Source of the DNA: Octopus vulgaris
Lineage: Eukaryota
Reading direction: 5' to 3'
DNA length: 64,000 nt
Assembly: GCA_951406725.2 (NCBI GenBank)
Contig: OX597825.1
Coordinates: forward strand, 29,822,001 to 29,886,000
A model generated the notes under the pieces. The model did no database searches and had not been told where the DNA came from. It saw nothing but the letters and a program-made list of their open reading frames with translations. Position numbers and translations under genes: made by a program. Below, piece after piece: positions 9,420-23,681 of this stretch (the stretch's first letter is position 1; each line of letters begins with the position of its first letter).

Positions 9420-12400
9420 CAATAATAATAATAATGACAATAATAGACTAAAACAAATATATGATATAGCATAGTATTATTTGATTAAAACAACCCCCTT
9501 TTGCATACATTTCACGTTTTTTCTTTTAGTCTTGTGAATACAGTTTTTCAATATTTTAGTTGAATTGAAGAATCATTTAAATTTCTGTTAGATTTCCTCT
9601 CTATTCAATACTTAAGAGCGAAAACATTAACTGATAGTGTACAACAAACTAAGTTACTTTCGTTCTCTCCTTAAAACAAGATTTATACATTGACTGACTG
9701 CAATAATAAAAAGCAAAATCAAAATAAAATCAAAATAAAATAAAAACAAACAAAAGAACTCTGATAATAAACTAATGTAATTTAATGGCAATTTATGCAT
9801 TTTCTAATCAGTAAAAAAAAAAAAGAAATAATAATAATAAAAATTAATAAAAAAACGTTTTTATACAAATGGCAATCAACATAGTGTGGGGCGGTGTCAT
9901 AGCCATCAAATCAATAATTTTATTTATTTTTGCATTATTTCTTGTTAAAATAAGTGCACTCTTGTAATACAAAGTCTCTTTCCACTCTGGTGAGAAACTA
10001 TAGTTGAGAATCATGCTCCATTCATTTGCTAGACTTGCCTTTGAAGAGAAAACTTGTTACTTGATCATAATCATTGTGTTCTTAGATAAAACTACAAGAG
10101 GGAGATTTCTGTCAGTTTATTTTATTGTCTCTGAACATTTCAATGCGAGAATGGTAGCAGTTGAGTTTGAATAACAATTGAAAAACGCAATATTGATTTT
10201 TCTTTTTACTCAGAATGAGACCATTTTTTCATGGGGAGTGGTGGTGGTGTTGGTGGTGGGGATAGAGTTGGTATCAGTATATGTACCAGTATATTACTGG
10301 TACATATGAACAACAGACAAAACCAAATATATAGCAAATTTACAGGGTCATTAAGGCATAGGACCCTTCTCTGTACTCTGAGTTCAAATTTCATGAAGGT
10401 TGACTTTTTTTTAACTCTCTCAGACCCGGGCCCCTGAATCTAACTTCACCCTCAACATGGGTTCCTGAGCAAAATAAATATGTTGTAGCATACACAGTTT
10501 AAAAGTAACTATTGCAGGCAAAATCACACAAAATCACACAAAAAAAAAAAATTCCAGAGAATAACGAAAATATTTGTCCATTGCAGGCAAACTAGTGGAT
10601 AGAATCACAGAGCAAATTTAGAATAACACTAATAGACCTATCTCTCAAAAATTATATTTGTTCACCCAAGTCACTGTTTTCCTCATCACTTTCACCATTT
10701 TGATTGCCTGAATCACTATCATTGTCTGCATAAGGATAATCTGTTCACCCATAAACAAATATCCTCAATTATTTCCTCGACTGTAGAAAGTCTATGCCTT
10801 GCTTGTTTAGCAAAGGAAGTGCTTGGTTCATCACATGCTTGTTTCATTGGAAAATCCATTTGTTTTTTCATTAAAAAAAAAACAAAAGTAAACAACAGCT
10901 TTGATGGGGTACACCATTAAAAGTGAGTTGTAAATACTCTTGGCTACAAAGTTACAATGTGATCAGTTGCCTAATTTTAGTATTTTGTCTTATTTCTATA
11001 CATGAATTGCTCATAACTATTTTAGTGGGAATGTGAGAGAGATGACACTTAGGCTATTTGAGAATACAGCATTTTGGAATACAGCATAATAGGGTTAATG
11101 AATCAAAACAGTTGATTGGCAGAGTTCTTAGAGCACTGAACTTCTCTGCTCTATGCCACATTACACATAGATACCGATTCCAACTCAAGAGCATGGTATG
11201 TCTTTCATTGGCGTTTTCATGCATATGGTCTTGGAGCTTACATGCAGGATGTTTATATGAGACACTACTCAGGTGGATGGCCATTGGTTCACAATGAGCT
11301 CATCCATCCTTTGACAAGTCTTGCAATGTATCCACAACACCCTCCTCATCTGGCAAGCCAAGTGGAGAAACTGACAACCTGACTACCTTATCACAAAACA
11401 GGTAGTGTTGGGTTTCATGGTACCTGTAGCAGGATTTTCCCAACCTGATCTGGAGGGTATCAAACAAGATGTCTTGTACTATTTGCTCCAGCTTTTTGCA
11501 TTCTGAGTACTTGGGTAAAAATTCCTTAATGCATTGCCCAATTTAATACTAGCACATCCTGGTCCTCTGGAACCTGTAGTAGAGTTCATATTGTTGCAGG
11601 CATTCAGGCCAGGATTTTAGTTAGAATATAGCTGTCACTTTTTCTCCTACCAAATACAGATACCATGAAGAAAATAAAGGAGCACAACTCATTCTATCGG
11701 ACTAAATGGTTCACAAAAATTCTGGCAGTATTTCAACTCAGAAGGACTTGAGAAATGTTTAAGGACATGATACAGAACTCATAAAAAAAAAAAAAACTAA
11801 GAATTCTGCACTCTCTGCACCAGGCATTCTCATTTATTCTTGATGAAAAAGTTCTGAAATTTTACAATGCTAAACAATTAAATATTTTACATTAGATGTC
11901 TTGTAGAATAGAATGTATTTGTTTGTTTGTTTCTATCTTTCTCACATTGCTCCCTTTTCTTCATCAATCTACTCCTATCTCTCTCTGTATATCTGTCTCT
12001 CTCCCTCTCTCCCTCTCTATCTATCTATCTATCTATCTATCTACCTATCGATCTATCTTCCTTTCTCTATCAGTCAATCAACTGTTTATCTTCCGCTCAA
12101 GTTATCTATATATTCTGTCTGCATATAAGAACATTCACACACACACACACACATACACATCCTTTTCTCTCTCTCTCTTACACTTTCTCTACAATCATGC
12201 ATATTTCAACTGCTATAATTGATTGCCTGTTCCAAGATAAGTTTCCAACTAGTATCAATGAACATAAAAAGAGTACATTTTGAATTTTAGGAAATCTGCA
12301 CGTGTTCACATTTGCCACAGCTTCCATTTACTATGACAGTCTTGTATTTTTTTAAAAAACCTTTTTTTTTTAAATTCTTGTTTTCCTTCGTAGAAGATTA

Positions 12401-13034
12401 ATATTATAACAAATATACATAAAATAAATAAAAGTACAGAGAAAGCACACAAAGTCTACATCCATTTGACTGATAAGCGTAGATGGATGAGATGTCAAAT
12501 TAATTAAAACTATCCTTCCTACAGCTGTAATCTACAACAGTAAACAGTAACACTGGAGGAAGTTAATTGAAAATTAAAATGATTACAATTAATCACAGCG
12601 TTAGTCAAATACAAACAGCAAAAACTGATGGTTGTTCTTTACTAAAACTGTCATTGTTTATCATCTGTAAGATAAGGATTATTGTTAGCATGTAGCTATG
12701 TGAGTGCATGCAAACACACCCACACAAATACCCACCAAATACACACAAACATGCACACACACACACACACACACGCACACACATATAAAGAGTTTGAATT
12801 GGCTCCATGCGACTTAATGTTTTGTAGACTTCATGCAGAATCCCAGCTCATTTGGGCTCAGATTAATGATAATCTGAGCCTGAACAGGTTTCTGTATGAA
12901 GCTTACAAAATGTTAAGTCACATAGAGCCGAATCAAACTGCTTTAAAAAATAATACATGTAACTTCTATTAAAATGTGTTGAGTGCATTTTTCTTTTATT
13001 TGTCCACTCTCTCTCTCTCTGTCTCTCTGACGAG

Positions 13035-13339
13035 GCAAGTGAAATCGAAGTCAAAATCAAATTCGATGACTGGCTTCCATGCTAGTGGAGTACTAAGAGC
13101 ACCATTTGAGCATGGCCATTGTCAGTACCACCTGACTGGCCCTCGTGCCGATGGCACATAAAATCACCCACTACACTCTTGGAGTGGTTGGCATTAGGAA
13201 GGGCATCCAGCTGTAGAAACTCTACCAGATCAGAATGGAGCCTGGAGCAGCCATTTGGTTTGCCAGTCCTCAGTCAAATCGTCCAACCCATGCCAGCATG
13301 AAAAGCGAACGTTAAACGATGATGATGATGATGATGATG

Positions 13340-13340
<1 letters not shown>
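13035..13340 (+). mobile_element. Family D interspersed repeat (SINE or RTE-like 3' part) ending in (GAT)n
   Basis: GGCATTAGGAAGGGCATCCAGCTGTAGAAAC...CAACCCATGCCAGCATGAAAAG..GTTAAACGATGATGAT; decayed copies near 8240-8375, 28712-28950, 40118-40250, 55175-55340. Confidence 0.75.
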
Positions 13341-13371
<31 letters not shown>

Positions 13372-14507
13372 ATATATATATGTGTATATATATATATACA
13401 TATATATACACATATATACACACATATATATATATATACACATATATATACACACATATATACACATATATATATACACATATATATACACACATATATA
13501 TATATATATGCACACATATTCATCAGCTACACCGAGTTGCTAACTTATGTGTAAGAATGCACATATTGGTTTCATAATTAATACATCACTCACATCATTA
13601 TCATTATCGTCTTCATCATCACTAAAGTATGTATACGGCAATACAAGGTGTGTGTGTGAGTGTATGCAGGAGAAACAGACAGAGGAGGAAAGACTGAAAG
13701 AATTGTAAGAAAGGATGATAAAACGAAAGACAGAATGAAACAGAGATTGAAAGAGTTACAGGTTTAATTGAAATCACTTTTAAATATGACAGGTAAAAGT
13801 ACAGATTTATTATTTAAAAACCACAGAATATGGAAATATTTAATATGGTTGACAGCAATTATAATTGTCACAACTCATTGTCTCATGCGTTTTAAAGTCA
13901 TTTATAATACCTACTTAGGTAAAATAATAAATTTCCTTCAATCGAAAACATCAAGTAGTTGCTACAGATCATTTAATTTAGTGGTGTAATTTTTGTTAAA
14001 TCTCTAATGGACAAACATTCCAATAAATATGTTGCCATTTTTCTTATAACATCAATAATAATTTATTAAATTTATCTTCGTTCTCTGTTAATTGTTATAA
14101 TTATGATGAGGATGGATTTTATGAAAGTATTTTATAAATATGTTTAAATCAGAGTAATTATTAATAATAATCACAAGTATTTTAAAAATAAGTACCCTCA
14201 AAGTAATCATCTCATAAAATGGAATTATAACAAGTTTTTTTGTTCTCTCTACAGCAGGTTCAAATATAAACTGTATAATGCATACAGCCATGAATAACAA
14301 TTAACCACTGAATTTATTCCTTGTTAGACATCTTAAAAAAAAATAATATATATTCTTGTATACTTATGCTTGTTTTAGTTACTGGACTTACGACATGTTG
14401 AAATGACACTTTGTTCTGTCAGTCTAATTTTGTTATGAGGACATAAGCAAACTAGTACGAGTTACCAAATGATGAAATACAAATATAGAGACATAAATGT
14501 GTGATGA

Positions 14508-14550
<43 letters not shown>

Positions 14551-14577
14551 TGTATGTATATAATATATAGATAGATA

Positions 14578-14802
14578 TGTTTCTTTACTACCCACAAGGG
14601 GCTAAACATAGAGGGGACAAATAAGAACAGACAAACGAATTTAAGTCGATTTTATCGACCCCAGTGCGTAAATGGTACTTAATTTATCGACCCCGAAAGG
14701 ATGAAAGGCAACGTCGACCTCGGTGGAATTTGAACTCGGAATGTAACGGTAGACGAAATACGGCTACGCATTTCGCCTGGCGTGCTAATGGTTCTGCCAG
14801 CT
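14578..14802 (-). mobile_element. SINE family B (tail B1)
   Basis: Colinear with the other B1 copies. Confidence 0.9.
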
Positions 14803-15226
14803 GAATGTATAACCAAAGTGATGCGAGTTTAAGTCTTACAACAGCAGCTGTTAGTGTGTGCTCCCCTGGCAAAACGGGCGATAGAACAACAATTAATTCC
14901 CCATCGCCAGTCACTTATTTGATTGTTAAATGGTTAGCAATGCAATGACAAAGGGACATTGAACAGTCGCTAAACTAAAACAATAAACCAATGCTAATAT
15001 ATGCAAAAATTATGCCACCCATGTGGATATGGAAAATGCTAAGAAACAAAAAGTATAATTATAGAATAAACAAAATGAAATTTATATAACAAAATGCAAA
15101 TATTATCGCTATTTTATGATAAAATGACATTACGCAAAGAATACATTCCTAAACAAACATCTGCCATAAGCATCATTATGAGCAAATCAAATTTGCATAA
15201 CTTTCAGACGGTTATTTTGTGTTTAG

Positions 15227-15238
15227 GTATCCATAATG
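15227..15238 (+). CDS. Weak candidate 12-nt phase-1/1 microexon, (G)IHN
   Basis: ttattttgtgtttag|GTATCCATAATG|gtaaga; could arise by chance. Confidence 0.25.
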
Positions 15239-15382
15239 GTAAGATGAGACAGGAGGCATCACTCAGTTACTATGTCTTCATAGTACCTCAGTAAATATGA
15301 AGCCTAATTGTAGTTTCAGGAAGAACACATGAAAGGGAATCAGCAGATCTTTTTTTACCAAATCTATGATATATATGTTGAA

Positions 15383-15781
15383 GGCAGTGAGCTGGCAGAA
15401 TCGTTATGCTTAGCGGTATTTCGTCTGCTGCTACGTTCTGAGTTCAAATTCCGCCAAGGTTGACTTTGCCTTTCATCCTTTCGGGGTCGATAAATTAAGT
15501 ACCAGTTATGCACTGGGGTTGATGTAATCGACTTGATCCATTTTTCTGTCCTTGTTTGTCATCTCTGTGTTTAGCCTCTTGTGCGTAGTAATGAAACAGG
15601 TATTTCGTCTGCCGCTACGTTCTGAGTTCAAATTCTGCCGAGGTTGACTTTGCCTTTCATCCTTTCGGGGTCGATTAAATAAGTACCAGTTACGCACTGG
15701 GGTCGATCTAATCGACTTGATCCATTTGTCTGTCCTTGTTTGTCCTCTCTCTGTTTAGCCCCTTGTGGGTAGTAAAGAAAC
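15383..15781 (+). mobile_element. SINE family B partial tandem dimer (B1+B1)
   Basis: Head-body-tail-body-tail, junction ~15599; one 18-bp TSD AATCTATGATATATATGT (15361-15378, 15782-15799). Confidence 0.9.
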
Positions 15782-16247
15782 AATCTATGATATATATGTA
15801 TTCCTAGCAAGATAATATTTGGTGACATTCCACAGTTACTACTAAAAATAGCAATGTTTTGATATAGGTACAAGACCAATAATGTCTCAGAGATGGCACT
15901 TTCTGAACACCATTGGCCCCCAATACTAGACTGGTACCTTATTTTATCATTCCTGTTAGGATCATATTTAGAGTTGACCATGGTGGGATTTTAATTCTGG
16001 CATTTTTATTGATGGTCCATGATTTTTGCTAAACTATCTCCTTTTTCCCCATGACAAAAAATTATTCTGATTTTGTCACAAGGTTAGCAAGTCTTAGGAG
16101 TGGGGGGAGGGTGTAGGTGATGCTATCGATTCCAGTGTTTGACTGGTCCCTTTATTTTTATTGAGCTGGAGACTTTGAAGTCAACTTTAGTGAGTTTTGA
16201 ATCCAAAACATAAATAACCAGAACAAATACATTTTCTGACACTCGAA

Positions 16248-16385
16248 TGATAACAACAATAAAGATGTCAGCAACGATTATGATGATGATGATGATGATG
16301 ACGGCGGCGGCAGTGGTGGGGATGATGATGATGATGGGGATGATGGTGGTGATGATGGTGGCAGCGGCGGCGGCGGTGGTGGTTG

Positions 16386-16433
<48 letters not shown>

Positions 16434-16684
16434 CAATAAAAATGATGACAACGATGATGATGGTAATGATGCTGAGGACAATGATGACAATAATGATGAT
16501 GATGATGATGATGATGCTGATGATGATGATGATGATGGTGATGACAATAAAGATGATGACAACGATGATGATGGTAATGATGCTGAGGACAATGATGACA
16601 ATAATAATGATGATGATGATGATGACAATAAAGATGATGACAACAATGATGATGGTAATGATGCTGAGGACAATGATGACAATA

Positions 16685-16718
<34 letters not shown>

Positions 16719-16820
16719 CAACGATGATGATGGTAATGATGCTGAGGACAATGATGACAACAATGATGATGTTAATAATGATAACGACGACGATGATGAT
16801 GTCACTGATGATGACAACAC
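16248..16820. repeat. (GAT)n-based compound microsatellite with a four-copy higher-order unit
   Basis: Anchor GGTAATGATGCTGAGGACAATGATGACAA recurs, with GCTGAGGAC at 16471, 16582, 16663, 16741. Confidence 0.9.
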
Positions 16821-17319
16821 TGCCAACGTCAATGCTAACAAGTTCTAACTTTAGCACAAGACCAACATTTTTCAAGGGAGGTGTTCAGTAAATTAAATCA
16901 AACTCTGTACTTGACTGATACATATTTCATTGGCACCAGAAGATGAAAAGGATGAGTCAATCTGAACAAGATCTAAACTCAGATCATAGCAACACAACTA
17001 AATTTCAGAGGCATTATGTCTGACGCTCTGTCAATTTTGCCAACACTAATAATAGATATCTAAACAGAAAATATAAAGTATCTTTTGATTGCTAAGCTAT
17101 GAAAGAAAAAAAAAAATCTATTTCCACAATTACTATATTGCTATTACTATAAACTAATGCTAGAAGATTTTTCCCAGACATAAGAGGTTTTCTTACAAAA
17201 TATTTGTAAGTCACTTAACTCATTAAACAGTAAAGACAATATCTGAAAGCTGTCTTCATGTAATGGATCCAGAGTAAGTCAGTTTGTCAGAGCTAAGCGT
17301 TTTTTCTGCAGAACTTTCA

Positions 17320-17526
17320 TTAACCCTTTGGCCTTGGTAGGCTCAAATATTCTTCCTGCTTTACGTTCAAACTGACCAGATCTGGCTTCTCACACCTATT
17401 CTACAATGTCATTCTAAAAATAAATAATCATTGATATCTTGAAGCAACAAGACAATGCAGAATTGATTCAAAGTAATGTAAATAAGCTTTTCATTTTGCA
17501 GAGCAATTTGAATGGTAAAAAGTTAA
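17320..17526. mobile_element. piggyBac-like MITE (family E)
   Basis: TTAA-CCCTTT...AAAAG-TTAA ends; body matches 1557-2204. Confidence 0.8.
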
Positions 17527-17959
17527 AGAAATTGGGTTCTGTATAACAAGTTAATGAAATGCTTCATTTGCATTCCTTGCAATATAGTTTTGATTCTCAG
17601 CTTTCTAAGTTCAGATTTTGCTTGATCTGAATTTGTTATTCATCCTGTTGTTGTTATTGTTGGCATCCATTTTTTTCTCGGGAGATAATGGAGTTGCGCA
17701 TAGAATAATCTAGTCCGGCTATTACATTTCATGTCCTAATAAATCTCCTGCTGTGACTGTGTAGACTTATCCTGGATAAACACTCCCTCTGGCAGGTGCC
17801 GCAAATGTAGCGAAGACTTTGCCTGGCTGGTTGTAATGTCATAGTTTCTTGTTGACGTCTTTTCTTGTCTTTCCATTTCTCCTCTCTCTCTGTCCCTTCT
17901 TTGTGTCCCCTCTTTTACGGTATGTCACCAATCCTGTAGATCTTGATAAAAAGCTACTT

Positions 17960-18710
17960 ATCATCATCATTGTAAAGTTCATTTTTCCATGTTGGCATGG
18001 GTTAGACAGAAGTCATTCAGGCAGATTTTTCTACAGATGAATGTCCTGCCTGTTTCTGTGCAAGGTAATCTTTGTTCATGACTGGAAATGTTCGCACAGA
18101 TTACTGGGAATGAAAGTTGCTGCCTCTATGACTGGTGGCATTATTTTACACTTATCACGCAATGTCAAGACGAAAAGACACAAGCACATATACACACTCA
18201 CTCATACACACCTGTCTATTCTGTGGAGGCACATGGCCTAGTGGTTAGAGCAGCGGACTCACGGTTGAGGGATCGCAGGTTCGAATCACAGACTGGGTGA
18301 TGTGTGTGTTTATGAGTGAAACACCTAAGCTCCACGTGACTCCAGCAAAAGGTAATGGCGAACTTCTGCTGACTGTTTCGCCACAATTTTCTCTCACTCT
18401 TTCCTCCTGCTTCTTGCAGCTCACCTGCGACAGACCGGCATCCTGTCCAGGTGGGGAACCTCTACGCCAAGGAAACCGGGAATCCGGCCCTTATGAGCCA
18501 GGCATGGCTTGAGCAGGAACAACCTGTCCACTCCAAACATATGCATGTGATAGGCTTCTTTTAGTTTCTATCCACCAAGTCCACTCACAAAACATTGGTC
18601 AGCTCAGGTTTAAAGGTGAAGGTGCCATGCAGTGATACTGAACCCAGAACTATGTGGTTGGGAAGTTTGAAAGTGAGCATTTTAATCACACAACTTTGCA
18701 TATGCCTACA
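17960..18710 (-). mobile_element. Old A-head/D-tail SINE hosting a family C SINE
   Basis: D-type tail 17960-18180, A-type head 18545-18710. Confidence 0.6.
18222..18521 (+). mobile_element. tRNA-derived SINE family C, tail type 2
   Basis: TGGCCTAGTGGTTAGAGC A-box, GGTTCGAATC B-box; imperfect 12-bp TSD ACCTGTCTATTC (18210-18221) / ACCTGTCCACTC (18522-18533). Confidence 0.87.
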
Positions 18711-19384
18711 GGTGAAAAGCAAAATTGATCTTGATTGGATTTGAACACATAACACTGGGAGTCAGAACAAACACTGCAAGACTTCCTACCCAATATTTAA
18801 ATGAATCTTTCAATTTGCCACCTTTGTACTGAACCAACCTGATCAATTGATCTAAAGTATTCTAGTTGGTGACAATAGTGATTTACGTGTGTACACATAG
18901 ATCTTCATTACAGCTAGATAAACTGAGCAATTTGAGAATGAGGCATGTTAGTCATGGATAGATTGCATGACCAGTAACGAGATTCAGACCTCAGACCTTT
19001 CTGCCAGATGTCTGACATACTGTTGACAAAGTAATCTGCAACTTATTTTCTACAATTAAATTATTCATGTCTTTCTCCAATGCTAAAGAAACAGCAGAAA
19101 TTCTATACCATTTGTTTATCAGTGTAATACTACGTCAGCTAAGCCAGCTGTGGATATCTTTGAACAGGATCTGTAATTTTTAATTATTCATTGAGGTAGT
19201 GATAAAAATTGAAACCTAATCATGTGTAACTAATTCTTCCAGCTACATCTTAGAATGGCATGTTATATGATACACTGCATGTAGCCACTGTTTCAACATA
19301 GTTCCATGGATATCTAACTATTTACTTGTAATGCCTATTTACATTTAAAAGATGGATTATTCCCTATGATCATGATATCATTAT

Positions 19385-19765
19385 CATCATTTTGTCATCG
19401 TTTTTGCCTCCACTTTTCCATTCCTGCAGGGTTCAGACAGAATTTATTGAGACAAATTTTCTATGGCTAAATGTCAATCCTGTTGCTACCATTACCTGTT
19501 TCCAAGCCAGGTAATATTTTCCTTGGCCAGACCTGTATGTGCGGAATATTGGAAATAAATGATATTCATTCACAACAATCAGGTGATATCAAGCAAAGGG
19601 ACGCAAATACTAACACACTCATGCATATATACATATACACATGACAGGCTTCTTTCAGTTTCCATCTGCCATATCTATAGTAGAAGACACTTGCTCGAGT
19701 TGCTACGCAGCTCAACTGAACATGAAATCATGTGATTTGGCAGCAAACTTTTTAACCATACAATC
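19385..19765 (-). mobile_element. Old A-head/D-tail SINE
   Basis: GGCTTCTTTCAGTTTCC and TATAGTAGAAGACACTTGC blocks plus D-like tail. Confidence 0.6.
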
Positions 19766-22310
19766 TTGTATTAAATATTAGATAAATAAATAAAATCCAA
19801 AGAGAAATTCTTTATTATATGATGCATGTTATAAAGAGGATAAAATATGTATGCATGCATGTATGTATGTGTGTGTGTGTTTCTGTGTGTTTGTATGCGT
19901 GTGCGTGTGTGATTTAGAATTCTGTATAAGAAGCTTACTTGTCAACCGATGCCACAAGCCTTCGATTAGAACTCGATGCATATTATAGATAAGGGAGTAA
20001 TATTTGATGAGATGCATGAGGTGAGTACCTCAGAGCAATAACTTTAATAGCAGCAGAATGAGTAATGACAGAAAATCATTTAGGGATGGACTCCTAGATT
20101 AAGATGCTCTACCCAAGGAATGTTTCTTATGATTCACGATTCATGCTATTAACTTATTATGGATAAACTTGGATTTACGCACTAACTTAAGGAGAAATCT
20201 AAAGTGATTAATTCAAGTTTTGCTGTTTTAATTTCAGTTAAATCACCAGAAGCTAACCAGAATCTGATTCCTTGATGGGAATCTTTAAATAGATCTCTAA
20301 TACAATTTACTTTCAGTTCATTTTAGGAGCTAACTTATTTATTCTAACATATCTTCTACATAAAAATAAAAGGTATGGAAGAGCACAAGCATAGCTATGT
20401 GGTTAAGAAGTTTGCTCCCCAATTATGCCATTTCAGGTTCAATCCCACTGTGTGGTACAAGTGTTGTTTCCTACTTATAGTCCTGGCTTGGTAACATGTA
20501 TCATGCTTTCATTTGTTGATGATGAGGATGATGATGACAATGGTCTTTTGTGCTTGAAAGCTGATACACAAACTCTTTTAACTCTGCCACTATTTGGCCC
20601 AGCTGTACATCCAGGTTGTGGCAGCTAGAAGGAGGGACAGCTGTGCCAGTACTTGACTGGTACACATTTTCAACTGTATAGAATGAAGTAATGTGAAAAA
20701 TGAAGTACCTTGCTCAAGGATACAATGCACCTGGTCCAAGAATGAGACCAATGACATTGCAATTGTGATCTAAACATCCTAACTAAGCCTCTGAAAAATT
20801 ATTTACATGACGACTTTAAGTGAGACACATCGTTCTTGTTGTATTTAGGACCGCTAATTACGAATGTATTCTTTGAGCTCATCAAAGCATTTTTGTAGCA
20901 AGCTGTAGGAAGGGCCTGGAGCCATTGTTCATGTCAACCTATTGGTTTGAACTACACAGTCATCATTGGGACTTCTAGACTCCCAGAATATGTGACACAT
21001 CAAATATCACAATTTTTTACTTTTTATGGTAGCAGCAACCTCAAGCTTTTAATATTTTTGTTTTGGCCAAAAATATTTATTTAAGAAGGTATTAGATTTC
21101 TTATTTACAATACTTTAATTAACCTTAGTTAACTCAGCATGGTTGCTACAGAATCCCTACAATTGTTCCAAAGCTTTTGAAAAATTCCTCTATCCTTCCT
21201 CAGCTATCAATATTTATTTTACTCTGATACCTCACATCAAGCATTTTCAATTCATATGAAATCATGAACCTTTCTGACTGAACATCAAGAAGTAAAATAA
21301 AGGAGAAATAATTTCAAAATAGAACTTAAATAAACTTCAGCTATGAGGTTAATTAAAATCCAATTGCATTTCATAAATTAAAATAAAAGCTATTGTAATC
21401 TCTATCAACAAGACATTGTGCTATCTAGCTTACACTATTATTTCTCTGATTCTATAAGAATTCTTTGTGCCGTTATTATACTCTGGTTATGATGTATGTG
21501 ATCAAAGTGTGTATTATAGCATTTGTTCCTTTGTAGGTTTCTTTCTATCGAGTCCTACTTGACTCTACAGTTGTTGCCAATTTCATTAATCTCAGCAGGA
21601 CACTCAGACAGAATGGTTCAATTTGTTGGATGAATAATTAGTAAGGTTCATGTGTACTTGATTGAAGAAATGATGATATTTCAGCCATCAAATTCTAGAT
21701 TCTTCAGTTGCCTCGTTCTTTTTTTTTTTTTTTTTTTACTGAAATAATTAATTTTGCTTCTCTAATTTGTATGCCAATCCATGTATTGAATTTTTCATTC
21801 CATTCACGCTCTCCTAATTTAATGCCTATACATCTTTCTTAGGATCTACCAAGTCACAAACACACACACACATTCATGCAGTTACAAGCATATCAATGTT
21901 GACAGACATTCCTCTGTGTCAGGAATATTATATCTTAACCACTTCATGTGGCTTAGCTAGCTTAACTTCTTCAGAAAATTAAGATATCCATGTGAAAATT
22001 GCGACAAATATTCTCTTTGATTTTCACTTCTGAATCAATGCTTTCATAATACTGATAGAGTTTACATAACATAGAGTTTACATCATCACCAAACTTGCAA
22101 TCATCAATGCAGAAGATTGTTGTATTTCAGCATGTTACTTGCATATCTTCATATTAATGTAAGGTTGATGACTTAAGAAAGAGTGTTAAAATTACATGTG
22201 TGCTCATAATTTCCATACTTTATCACTTCTACCTTTGAAATTACATTCATCTTAACCTATTACAATCATTGAACTATTTATTGTCAGTACTATATATAAT
22301 ACAATATATC

Positions 22311-22537
22311 ACTTTTACTCTTTTACTCTTTTACTTGTTTCAGTCATTTGACTGTGGCCATGCTGGAGCACCGCTTTTAGTCGAGCAAATCGACCCCCAG
22401 GACTTATTCTTTGTAAGCCTAGTACTTATTCTATCGGTCTCTTTTGCCGAACCGCTAAGTTATGGGGATGTAAACACACCAGCATCGGTTGTCAAGCAAT
22501 GTTGGGGGCTAACACAGACAGACAAACATATACACAC

Positions 22538-22583
<46 letters not shown>

Positions 22584-22733
22584 GCGATGGGCTTCTTTCA
22601 GTTTCCCTCTACCAGATCCACTCACAAGGTTTTGGTTGGCCCGAGGCTATAGTAGAAGACACTTGCCCAAGGTGCCACGCAGTGGGACTGAACCCGGAAC
22701 CATGTGGTTGGTAAGCAAGCTACTTACCACACA
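22311..22733 (-). mobile_element. SINE family A, near full length
   Basis: Very similar to 7175-7592. Confidence 0.92.
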
Positions 22734-22819
22734 AATATTGTCAATATATAGAAGTACTAATAATAAATCCTTAAATGATTAATAGAGTAACATGGGTTAT
22801 AGGTTACTAGGGTACACTC

Positions 22820-23450
22820 ACCCACCTTTTTGACAAATTCGCTTGAAGAGAGTATTTCCCCTCTCCACCATCACTTTTCTTTCCAAGTTAAACTTGAAAA
22901 TGTCAATCAGGACTTGAGCAAAGAAGATGTTTGTCACCGATTTTGTCGACCTCGTCCACCACATAACCTCTTTTGATATAGCTAATGCCTTGTCAAAGGT
23001 GCCCAAATTTATTAAAGGTGTGTACGTTGGGGGTGAACCCCATGATGGACTAGGATGCTATTTGGATTCTCTTGACATGAATTAACAGTTGTTCCACATA
23101 ACGTCCTATGTCTGCAATGCATGGACACACAACCTGATTGCATGCATATGGTTTTATCAATGTGTGCACATCTTGGAGAGTCCCATCTTGCAGTGTTTCC
23201 ATGCCTTTACAGTTTATCTCAAATCAGCAGTGCCCTTCAGTAGCACTACTAAGCCAAAGATTTCTGGAAGTTATCCATGGTAGTTCCTAGCCTGAAAATC
23301 TTCCACAACAGACAGGCTGATTCATCCTCATTGATGCCTAGAGTTCTCACAAGAATGTCATCATTCTTAACCACCACCAGATCTCTAAATATCGCTAATG
23401 TAGAACTGCATTGTCAGACTGGTAGAGAGCGGTGAGTGCCTGACAACATT
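22820..23450 (-). mobile_element. Decayed L1/Tx1-like LINE ORF2 C-terminus
   Basis: Frameshifted minus-strand reading SPRCAHIDKTI/HAIRLC/PCIADIGRYVEQLL (decayed CCHC zinc knuckle) followed by ALAISKEVMWWTR..LIDIFKFNLERKVMVER. Confidence 0.55.
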
Positions 23451-23681
23451 CCAGATTTCTGATATAGGCACATGGCCAGCAATTTTGAGAAGGGGTTACT
23501 TAATCTCACTGACCCTTGTGCTTGACTAATCCTTTGTTTTATCAATCCTGAATGGTAGTGGTGGTGGTGGTGATGCTGCTGCTGCTGCTGCTGGTATGAA
23601 AGGTGAAGTTGTCCTCAGAGCTATTTGAACTCATAACATAAAAAGCTGAGAAAAATACAGCAAAGCGTTTTGACCAATGCT

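Noticed and set aside
11054-11640. GC-richer non-repetitive block with short ORFs on both strands
   Set aside because: May be a very decayed LINE fragment, but I could not recover a diagnostic motif in any frame.
14236-14278. Strong NAGNAG acceptor (ttttttgttctctctacagcag)
   Set aside because: No convincing donor downstream.
16123-16891. Three overlapping long ORFs (poly-Ile, poly-Met, poly-Ser)
   Set aside because: Consequence of stop-free frames in a (GAT)n array; no exon signals recognised.
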